From positions 10,376 through 74,375 of the forward strand of contig JAPPOH010000008.1 in the NCBI GenBank assembly GCA_028818155.1: a stretch of DNA of 64,000 bases, given 5' to 3'. Under the pieces are notes generated by a model. It saw only the letters and a list, made by a program, of their open reading frames with translations, made no database searches and had not been told where the DNA came from. Numbering within the stretch: the stretch's first letter is position 1; each line of letters opens with the position of its first letter. Positions 9,833 through 16,785 of the stretch are shown here, one piece after another. This DNA comes from Candidatus Woesearchaeota archaeon (GTDB lineage Archaea > Nanobdellota > Nanobdellia > Woesearchaeales > UBA525). A program made the translations under genes and the position numbers.

Positions 9833-10198
9833 TTGGACGATCATTTATTCTCGAAACAACAACCGCAGGCAAACGTACAGCTAACGAGCGTTGCGACGCG
9901 TGTGAAACTCGCAGAAGATAGGTATAGGAATTTGCAGAAGCGGAGTCAACTCACAGAGGACGCACTCCTCCAGTTCGAGAAGGAGCTACGGGCACAACTG
10001 CGTGTCGTGACACAGCAAGTGTCTGGCATGAGGAAAAAACTCATGGAAATTAGCACGACTGTTGATGCAATGCAAGGTGAGCTCAAGCACGTCGTGCAAC
10101 GGCACGAACTCAAAGCGATCGAACGGTATGTAGATCTCTGGCAACCGGTTGACTTTATCACGAGAGATGAGGCAAAGAGGATGATGAAACATGGCTGA
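9833..10198 (+). CDS. coiled-coil protein (up to 121 aa; start uncertain, TTG 9833 or GTG 9902)
   Basis: Heptad-rich sequence (LQKRSQLTEDALLQFEKELRAQLRVVTQQVSGMRKKLMEISTTVDAMQGELK). The stop overlaps the next ATG by 8 nt. Confidence 0.45.
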   Translation: MDDHLFSKQQPQANVQLTSVATRVKLAEDRYRNLQKRSQLTEDALLQFEKELRAQLRVVTQQVSGMRKKLMEISTTVDAMQGELKHVVQRHELKAIERYVDLWQPVDFITRDEAKRMMKHG

Positions 10199-10700
10199 TA
10201 TACTGCCAAGAGTACAGGAAATGAAGCAACGAGGTGTTGGGAACAACCAAATCATCGAAACATTGAAGCATGAAGGGCACGCGAGCTCTGAAATCTTCGA
10301 TGCCCTCGGCCAGGTGCAAACACCCGCCCCGCCACCAGTGGAATTGCCACCGCAACAATTACCGCCACAAGCATTCGGCGCAGATAACGAAGAACTCATT
10401 GAGGCAATTATCGATGAGAAGTGGAACGATTTAATGAGCGATATCAACAAGGTTATCGCGTGGAAGGACACGACAGAGTCACGCATCACACGACTTGAGC
10501 AAGAGCTCACAGATACAAAGGAGCAGTTCGACAAACTGCACAAAGCAATCATTGGGAAAGTGGGCGAGTACGACGAACATATTCTGAGTGTTGGGGCAGA
10601 AGTGAAGGCAATGGAGAAAGTATTCTCAAAAGTCCTCCCTGTGTTCACGGAAAACGTGGCAGAACTGCAGCGCATTACTGACAAGGTCAAGAAGCGTTAA
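10191..10700 (+). CDS. coiled-coil protein with an N-terminal 36-aa helical module and a Pro-rich linker (169 aa)
   Basis: ATG start, PAPPPVELPPQQLPPQ linker, then a long heptad region (RITRLEQELTDTKEQFDKLHKAI..). Translationally coupled to the preceding ORF. Confidence 0.6.
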   Translation: MADILPRVQEMKQRGVGNNQIIETLKHEGHASSEIFDALGQVQTPAPPPVELPPQQLPPQAFGADNEELIEAIIDEKWNDLMSDINKVIAWKDTTESRITRLEQELTDTKEQFDKLHKAIIGKVGEYDEHILSVGAEVKAMEKVFSKVLPVFTENVAELQRITDKVKKR

Positions 10701-11359
10701 CTGATATTCTGTGTCAAGAAATATACGGCCAGTGAAGCTATGATTAACGTCACAATAAGACCGAGCACTTTCGGATGCACAAGCGTGTTTAAGAGATTCG
10801 TGCCATAGTCTGAGGTTGCTGTACTTCCTGGTTGTCCAGGCTGAATGACGCCACCTTGACCTTGTACGGGACTGCCGAGTTGTCCGCCAATGACAACCCC
10901 TCCTTCACTCGGACTGGAGAGTACGGGCGCCCCACCGCCTCCTGGCGTCAAGCCGGGACCGAATGAAAAGCCAAGACCCGCAATAATGATAACGACTGAG
11001 AAAATGATGATCCAATTGCGTATCATGGACCGTGGCCCCATCACCATCTGTGCTAACGAATTCCCGTCGATCTTCGAATCGGGCCCTACGCCGAAGAGCG
11101 TGAAGATGAAGAAGATCATGAACACCACGATGAACAAGATGATAAACCATGGGACGACGAACGCAATCAATGATCGCCCGGCGTCAGAGACGCTCACTAA
11201 GAGCGCAATCGCGAGCGCAGCAATCGCGTACGCACCCATCATCTTGTCGCCCATTGGCTTCTTCCATGAGAGGAGGCTGTAGACGAGAATAAAAACAAGA
11301 AGAAAAATAACGACGCCTGTGAACGCATCCACTAATCCGGCGTCGAGGATGCTCGCCAC
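10697..11359 (-). CDS. polytopic membrane protein, divergent third member of a tandem paralog trio (220 aa)
   Basis: GTG start immediately after the upstream stop (TAAGTG). Multiple TM helices plus a Gly/Pro-rich loop (GPGLTPGGGGAPVLSSPSEGGVVIGGQLGSPVQGQGG). Confidence 0.55.
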   Translation of the reverse strand: MASILDAGLVDAFTGVVIFLLVFILVYSLLSWKKPMGDKMMGAYAIAALAIALLVSVSDAGRSLIAFVVPWFIILFIVVFMIFFIFTLFGVGPDSKIDGNSLAQMVMGPRSMIRNWIIIFSVVIIIAGLGFSFGPGLTPGGGGAPVLSSPSEGGVVIGGQLGSPVQGQGGVIQPGQPGSTATSDYGTNLLNTLVHPKVLGLIVTLIIASLAVYFLTQNIS

Positions 11360-11962
11360 TTACTCTCCTCCGCCGAGGAGCTTGGCAAACTTGTCGCCGA
11401 ATTTCTCCTTCGTCATCCGTTCCTTGTCGCTTTCTCGAGTTACAAGCCAGATGACGATTGCGAAGACCAAGATAACGAGCACGAGCGCCAGTGTATCGGG
11501 GTTATTCAGCGAGCGGAGGAAGCCTGGAAAGGACCACCACCCTGCTTTGGAACCGAAGATGTACGCAACGATGACGAATGCGAGGAACGCAACCCACCCG
11601 CTGAGACTATTGTCGCCAAGGGTGATCCGCTTCCCCATAACGCCGACAATCAAGAGTGCCATAAGGATTGCAATCACAACGACTGAGATGTTCGGGAGCG
11701 CATTATTCATCACTTCAACAATATCAACAAGCCCGCTTGTGAGAATAGCGTCGGTTGGATCTGGCGTGCCCCACAAGACGTGCGGGAAGATTGTTGCCAA
11801 CCCGAGGACAAACGCGATCGTTCCGTTGATCTTTCGTTCGTCAAAGACTTTGACCTTGTCCATTATAGCGAATGTTACTGTAAAGACGAGGATGAATGGC
11901 AAGAGGATATCGTAGACACCGAAATCCTTCAAGCTGAGTAATGCGTTTTCAATTGCTGACAT
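11360..11962 (-). CDS. polytopic membrane protein, tandem paralog B (200 aa)
   Basis: The N-terminus MSAIENALLSLKDFGVYDILLPFILVFTVTFAIM aligns with paralog A. It has 4-5 TM helices. Confidence 0.65.
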   Translation of the reverse strand: MSAIENALLSLKDFGVYDILLPFILVFTVTFAIMDKVKVFDERKINGTIAFVLGLATIFPHVLWGTPDPTDAILTSGLVDIVEVMNNALPNISVVVIAILMALLIVGVMGKRITLGDNSLSGWVAFLAFVIVAYIFGSKAGWWSFPGFLRSLNNPDTLALVLVILVFAIVIWLVTRESDKERMTKEKFGDKFAKLLGGGE

Positions 11963-11971
11963 CGTACCACC

Positions 11972-12538
11972 TCATGTGCTTTCTGTTGTACCGTTTCCAT
12001 TTTTTTTCCCACCTGATGCATCTTTCGTGATGAACATGATAAATGCAATGATAATGATTAAGAGGAGGAGAATCCCCATAAATGTGCTATCCCAGTAACT
12101 TATGGCGTAATTCCACGCGAATCCCAGCCACCCCACACCGTCGAGGAAGATGAGGATCACTGCGATGACCACTACAGCGCTCAGCCATGCTTTTCCTTTG
12201 ATCTCAAATCCATGGTCGTCTTGCTGCTTGTGAAAGCTTGCGAGAAGCATCATAAGACAGATCAAAATAACGAGGATTAACGCAACTCTCGCGACAAGCA
12301 CGTTGATGAGCTCCACGAGCTGCGCAGAGGCCACAACGAAGAAGCCAGTAATGAACGCGACCATCGCGTTCAAGTTCTTTCTCGGTCTCGTTTTGTCGTC
12401 GGCAGATTTCTCTGTGCCGAAGATTTTGCTCTTTTCTAAGACGCCGAAGACGAGTGTGAAGACTAAGAGAAAGGGCAGGACAACATCATAGAGTCCTATC
12501 TGGTCGAAGAAGACTAAAGCTTCTCTGAAGACACTCAT
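11972..12538 (-). CDS. polytopic membrane protein, tandem paralog A (188 aa)
   Basis: N-terminus MSVFREALVFFDQIGLYDVVLPFLLVFTLVFGVL. A TATA-like TTTAAATA lies about 27 nt upstream of the ATG. Confidence 0.65.
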   Translation of the reverse strand: MSVFREALVFFDQIGLYDVVLPFLLVFTLVFGVLEKSKIFGTEKSADDKTRPRKNLNAMVAFITGFFVVASAQLVELINVLVARVALILVILICLMMLLASFHKQQDDHGFEIKGKAWLSAVVVIAVILIFLDGVGWLGFAWNYAISYWDSTFMGILLLLIIIIAFIMFITKDASGGKKNGNGTTEST

Positions 12539-12616
12539 GCATAGAATTTTGGGTCAGACGGTATTTAAAGCTTACGACGAGCAACACTTTTAAACAAATA
12601 AGCGTTTCTTTAGCAT

Positions 12617-13177
12617 ATGTCCGAATTCGAAACGTTACGAAAGGAACTTGCAGAATATGATGCTTTGAGAGATACAGTGATTAAAACTGCACGGGACATT
12701 GTCAAGAACAGCAAGCACGCGATTTACAGCTTGCACAGAAATGAAGTCAAGAAAGCAAAGGAGCAGCTCAAGGAAGCGGAGAAGATCACGAAGGAACTCG
12801 CTCCTGTGATCAAGAAGCATCCTTCCTTGCGACATGGTATGTTTTCCTCTGGGATGGAAGAGTACGCTGAGGCACGCGCATTCCTGCAATTCTTGGAGAA
12901 CGGAACGCTTGTTTCTTGCAAAGAGCTTGGCGTGACGGTGGACGAGTACCTCCTTGGCCTGTGTGATGTGACAGGGGAGCTGATGCGGTTCGCTGTACAT
13001 AAGGGCACGGAACGTGATACAAAAGCGGTGCAGGCAGCTCGTGATCTGGTCGATATGATTTTTGGTGAGTTGATGCAGTTCGACTTCCGGAACTCTGAAT
13101 TACGGAGAAAGTATGATTCGGTGAAGTATAATTTGCAGAAGATTGAGAAAGTGTTGTATGATTTAGCGCTACAGTAA
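12617..13177 (+). CDS. translin-family protein (186 aa)
   Basis: All-helical sequence containing EYLLGLCDVTGELMRFAV, which matches the translin/TRAX signature helix. Confidence 0.7.
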   Translation: MSEFETLRKELAEYDALRDTVIKTARDIVKNSKHAIYSLHRNEVKKAKEQLKEAEKITKELAPVIKKHPSLRHGMFSSGMEEYAEARAFLQFLENGTLVSCKELGVTVDEYLLGLCDVTGELMRFAVHKGTERDTKAVQAARDLVDMIFGELMQFDFRNSELRRKYDSVKYNLQKIEKVLYDLALQ

Positions 13178-13558
13178 GTCCTCTGGTTTGACGATTTTGA
13201 TACCTTCGTATTCTCTGATGTTGAGTAAGTGCTTATCAAAGGTGACTATGTAGTCTGCCTTTCCTGCTAGAGCACACGCGATGATGTGATCGTCATCCGG
13301 GTCATCATGCACAATTTGTGGAATGGTAGTTGGCTCGACGTCCTCTAAGAATGAGGCGAGTGCTTGTAATTTTTCATTCGCATCAGGGATACTATGATTG
13401 AATTTCCAAACGAGAACGTGCTTGCATTCTTCTTGTATTGTTCTCGACCAGTAGAACGTGAGAGTTTTTTCTCGGAGCAACTTTCGAGCAAGACTTGTTT
13501 TCCAAATGGCTGCGGATACTAAGATGTTCGTGTCCGGGACGCACGTTCGTACCTGTAT
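13169..13558 (-). CDS. vapC: PIN-domain ribonuclease toxin (VapC-like); initiation codon unresolved
   Basis: ..CVPDTNILVSAAIW..DDDHIIACALAGKADYIVTFDKHLL.. carries the PIN acidic residues. There is no ATG/GTG/TTG in frame upstream of the first catalytic Asp. The rest of track ORF 13169-14452 is antisense to aspS. Confidence 0.6.
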   Translation of the reverse strand: MQVRTCVPDTNILVSAAIWKTSLARKLLREKTLTFYWSRTIQEECKHVLVWKFNHSIPDANEKLQALASFLEDVEPTTIPQIVHDDPDDDHIIACALAGKADYIVTFDKHLLNIREYEGIKIVKPEDLL

Positions 13559-13806
13559 TCGAGTGCCATGTTGATCACGTCCTGCTCTGTGAGGCCAAGT
13601 TTTTCGAGCTCTCGCTGGCTTTTCGCCGCGGATTTGTCGAGCCGATCGTTGGCTCTTTTCCACTCTTCTTCTGTCATTCGTTTGACTTTCTTGAGAATGA
13701 TCATATCGTCCTCTCGTTGCACGGTGAACGCTGTTCCCGGATCGAGGTCTTCTCTGATTTTTCTCGGAATGACGACTTGTCCTTTTGTTGACATCGTTGT
13801 GATCAT
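13519..13806 (-). CDS. vapB: AbrB/SpoVT-type antitoxin (VapB/MazE-like), 95 aa
   Basis: MSTKGQVVIPRKIREDL swapped-hairpin motif. Overlaps the PIN ORF. Confidence 0.75.
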   Translation of the reverse strand: MITTMSTKGQVVIPRKIREDLDPGTAFTVQREDDMIILKKVKRMTEEEWKRANDRLDKSAAKSQRELEKLGLTEQDVINMALEYRYERASRTRTS

Positions 13807-13811
13807 GCTGA

Positions 13812-13830
13812 AAGTAAGATATTCTTACTT
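13812..13830. promoter_or_regulatory. palindromic operator candidate AAGTAAGA-TAT-TCTTACTT between the TATA box and the vapB start
   Basis: A perfect 8-bp inverted repeat read directly from the sequence. It sits 6 nt upstream of the antitoxin ATG (13806) and just downstream of the CCTATAAAAG-type box (minus-strand orientation). Confidence 0.5.
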
Positions 13831-13942
13831 TTATAGGTTTCGGTTGCATGCTCGTATGAATGAGAGGCGCATTAAGTGAGTGCTGCAGAGAAATCCGGAA
13901 AGGTTCCGGATGGGGCCGGAAATAATTCCCGTTTGCGTGAAC

Positions 13943-13951
13943 TTTTATATA
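13943..13951 (+). promoter_or_regulatory. TATA box (TTTTATATA) of aspS
   Basis: Ends 22 nt before ATG 13974, which implies a leaderless or near-leaderless mRNA. Confidence 0.55.
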
Positions 13952-13973
13952 CACCACGAGTTCCACGAGGAGT

Positions 13974-15671
13974 ATGCATAGAACACACACGTGTGGTGAA
14001 TTACGCAAGGAGCACGCTGGAGAAGAAGTAACACTCTCCGGCTGGGTCCACGTGATCAGAGAGCATGGCAGCAAGCAGTTTGTTGACCTTCGTGATAGGT
14101 ATGGTGTGACGCAAGTTGTTCTCGAAGAAAAGGCAGATATTCGTCGAGAGACTGTGGTAAAAGTAACTGGGAAAGTTGTCGAGAAGCCAAAAGCGAATGA
14201 AAAATTAGCGACTGGCGAGATCGAAGTGCAAGCATCCTCTTGCAAGATTCTCGGACCGGCCGACCCGATCCCCATGGAGCCGGAAGCAGAGAATACAGAA
14301 GAGACACGACTCAAATACCGATACTTAGACTTGCGACGGCCGGACATGCAGGCAAAACTCCAATTCCGAGATGATTGCGCGTCCAGTGTGCGGAAACACA
14401 TGCACGCACACGGCTTTACCGAAGTGGAAACACCAATTCTCATGAAATCCACGCCTGAAGGCGCGAGAGATTATATCGTTCCTTCTCGTCTGCACAAAGG
14501 AAAGTTTTACGCCCTACCACAGAGCCCGCAGATCTACAAGCAGATTCTGATGGTTGCTGGCATGGACAAATACTTCCAAATCGTCAAATGTTTTCGTGAT
14601 GAAGATTTGCGTGCTGATAGGCAGCCAGAGTTCACCCAAGTGGACGTGGAGATGAGCTTTGTCGAGCAAGATGATGTGATCGCGCTTGGTGATGAATTAC
14701 TGAAGAATGTGGTGAAGGATGTGCTCGGCAAAGATGTCAAAACGCCATTCCCACGATTGTCATATGCTGAAGCGATGGACAAGTACGGGATTGATAAGCC
14801 GGACGCGAGGTTTGAGCTATTCCTGCATACGCTGACTGAGCTTGTGAAGGATTCCGAGTTCAAGGTGTTCAGTGAAGCGCCCTGCGTTCGTTGCTTAGTT
14901 GCTCCCGCGCTTTCACGAAAGCAGATTGACAAATATACGGAATTGGCGAAAACCTACAAGGCGAAAGGCCTCGCATACTTACAGGTCACGAAAGACGGCG
15001 TTGACAGTCCGATCAAGAAGTTCTTGTCTGATGAAGTTGTGGATAAAATCGTCAAAGAGACTGGCGCGAAGCCAGACAGCACGATTTTGTTCGTTGCAGA
15101 TAAAGAAAAAGTTGCAAATGACGCGCTCGCACACATTCGAAATGCGTTGGGTAAGCAGTTTGAATTATACGATCCTGAAGAATTAAATTTTCTTTGGGTG
15201 TTGGACTTTCCGTTATTCGAATGGAACGAAGATACTAAAGACTGGACGCCCATGCATCACATGTTTACCATGCCACACGAAGAGCATCTCCAATACTTGG
15301 AGTCTGATCCTGGCAAGGTCTTAGCGCAAGCGCACGATATTGTGCTCAATGGAACAGAAATCGGTGGTGGTAGCATCAGAGTGCACCATAAGGACGTGCA
15401 AGAACGTGTCATGAAGGCGATGAACATTTCTGAAGAGGATGCAAAGAAAAAATTCGGCTTCATGTTGGAGGCATTCCAGTACGGTGCGCCACCACACGGT
15501 GGCTTCGCTCTTGGTTTCGATCGAATGGTTGCGTTATTCCAAGGTGAGACTGATATTCGCGAGTATATCGCGTTCCCGAAGAACAAAGCAGCGCAGTCGT
15601 TGATGGACGACGCGCCTTCTGATGTCGAGCAAGAACAGCTGGATGAACTTCATTTGACTGTGAAGAAGTAA
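13974..15671 (+). CDS. aspS: aspartyl-tRNA synthetase, bacterial type with insertion domain (565 aa)
   Basis: FYALPQSPQIYKQILMVAGMDKYFQIVKCFRDEDLRADRQPEFTQVDVEMSF is nearly identical to the bacterial AspRS motif-2 region. The 565-aa length requires the bacterial insertion domain, since the archaeal type is ~430 aa. Confidence 0.9.
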   Translation: MHRTHTCGELRKEHAGEEVTLSGWVHVIREHGSKQFVDLRDRYGVTQVVLEEKADIRRETVVKVTGKVVEKPKANEKLATGEIEVQASSCKILGPADPIPMEPEAENTEETRLKYRYLDLRRPDMQAKLQFRDDCASSVRKHMHAHGFTEVETPILMKSTPEGARDYIVPSRLHKGKFYALPQSPQIYKQILMVAGMDKYFQIVKCFRDEDLRADRQPEFTQVDVEMSFVEQDDVIALGDELLKNVVKDVLGKDVKTPFPRLSYAEAMDKYGIDKPDARFELFLHTLTELVKDSEFKVFSEAPCVRCLVAPALSRKQIDKYTELAKTYKAKGLAYLQVTKDGVDSPIKKFLSDEVVDKIVKETGAKPDSTILFVADKEKVANDALAHIRNALGKQFELYDPEELNFLWVLDFPLFEWNEDTKDWTPMHHMFTMPHEEHLQYLESDPGKVLAQAHDIVLNGTEIGGGSIRVHHKDVQERVMKAMNISEEDAKKKFGFMLEAFQYGAPPHGGFALGFDRMVALFQGETDIREYIAFPKNKAAQSLMDDAPSDVEQEQLDELHLTVKK

Positions 15672-16130
15672 TTAGGAGATTTTCGCGCGAATGTCTTTGA
15701 TTTCCTCGTCTGCTATAGTTTCAATGATGTCGCTACAAGTTGTACGTGTCGTAGATGCATTTCGCATCATAAGTCCATAGAACTGATTCGGTATATGTGT
15801 ATCAATGTCGTACTGTGCTGCAACTCGTGTTTTCGCAGCTTGACGAAAAAAATTGATATCTGCAGGCGTAAAGTATTTTTTTAGTAATACCTCGACAAAT
15901 GTAATAGTGCACGCATGGATTTCGCACTTGACACCGATGCGTACGAGAATTGCATAGAGTGAAAAATAGATTGCATAATAAGATGTAACGATTTTCCAAT
16001 CTTTCTCTGAAATTGCCTGTAGGGTTTGCAACGACGCTCGTGCTTTCCTGAGATAGCTTGTTGCGAGTGTTCTACTTGGTTTCGTGAGTTCGATACCGTT
16101 TGTTATCTTACAACATTTTTTGATGTGCAT
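15672..16130 (-). CDS. HEPN-domain protein (partner of the upstream nucleotidyltransferase), 152 aa
   Basis: Helical protein with SYYAIYFSLYAILV and AAKTRVAAQYD blocks typical of HEPN partners of MNT genes. The start overlaps the MNT gene end by 23 nt. Confidence 0.55.
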   Translation of the reverse strand: MHIKKCCKITNGIELTKPSRTLATSYLRKARASLQTLQAISEKDWKIVTSYYAIYFSLYAILVRIGVKCEIHACTITFVEVLLKKYFTPADINFFRQAAKTRVAAQYDIDTHIPNQFYGLMMRNASTTRTTCSDIIETIADEEIKDIRAKIS

Positions 16131-16710
16131 GGCCGTGCATCACTGCTCGAACGAAGTCTTCTGCTCCGCGGAGTATGATGTGGTCATTACGGATTTCGTG
16201 CAGTAATATATCAGTTCCGATGATTTTTCCGAAACGTTTCCGGCGGTACTCGAAAATTTGTATCTCTAGGTGATATATTTCGGAAATCTTCCGGATTTCC
16301 TCATGATCACATCTTCCCGCGACAAAAAGATCAAGATCTGAGGTCTTTTTTTCGCTTCGCTTTGCATAACTGCCAAAGATGAGAACGATTCCTTTGCAAT
16401 GCTCGAGCACTTCTTTAACAATGTGTTTGATGTGAGGTTTTTCTTTGTAGAACTGGAGTGTTCTGAGATGTTCGACTGCTGTGACGAATTGTTGCACTGA
16501 TTCTTTGTTGTCAAGATGTAAATGGTATTCTGCATTTCGTCCTTTTGTTGTTCTGTAGAGGAGATGCTCTTTTTCTAGCTCTTTGAGAATGTTCGCAACT
16601 GTTTTTTGGTTGAGGTTTTTTTCTTTCGCTATCTCGCTGCCAGTTAGTTTTTTGTCGTATTTTTTCGTGAATTCTTCAATGACGGCTATTCTTTTCTTAT
16701 CTAGTAACAT
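16108..16710 (-). CDS. wHTH-fused minimal nucleotidyltransferase (MNT), 200 aa
   Basis: N-terminal wHTH (LTGSEIAKEKNLNQKTVANILKELEKEHLL) followed by the GSYAKRSEKKTSDLDLFV nucleotidyltransferase G-S...D-x-D motif. Confidence 0.75.
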   Translation of the reverse strand: MLLDKKRIAVIEEFTKKYDKKLTGSEIAKEKNLNQKTVANILKELEKEHLLYRTTKGRNAEYHLHLDNKESVQQFVTAVEHLRTLQFYKEKPHIKHIVKEVLEHCKGIVLIFGSYAKRSEKKTSDLDLFVAGRCDHEEIRKISEIYHLEIQIFEYRRKRFGKIIGTDILLHEIRNDHIILRGAEDFVRAVMHGHAHQKML

Positions 16711-16785
16711 TTTACTTATATAAGTAGAAGGTTACTTATAAAGGTTGTCACTATGTTTTTAAACGATGCGCAGCTTCTTTGAGAA

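Noticed and set aside
13561-14452. Upstream two-thirds of the 427-aa minus-strand track ORF (13169-14452).
   Set aside because: Only the C-terminal ~125 codons look like a protein (the PIN domain). The remainder is antisense to the well-supported aspS and vapB genes and has Ser/Arg/Cys-rich nonsense composition.
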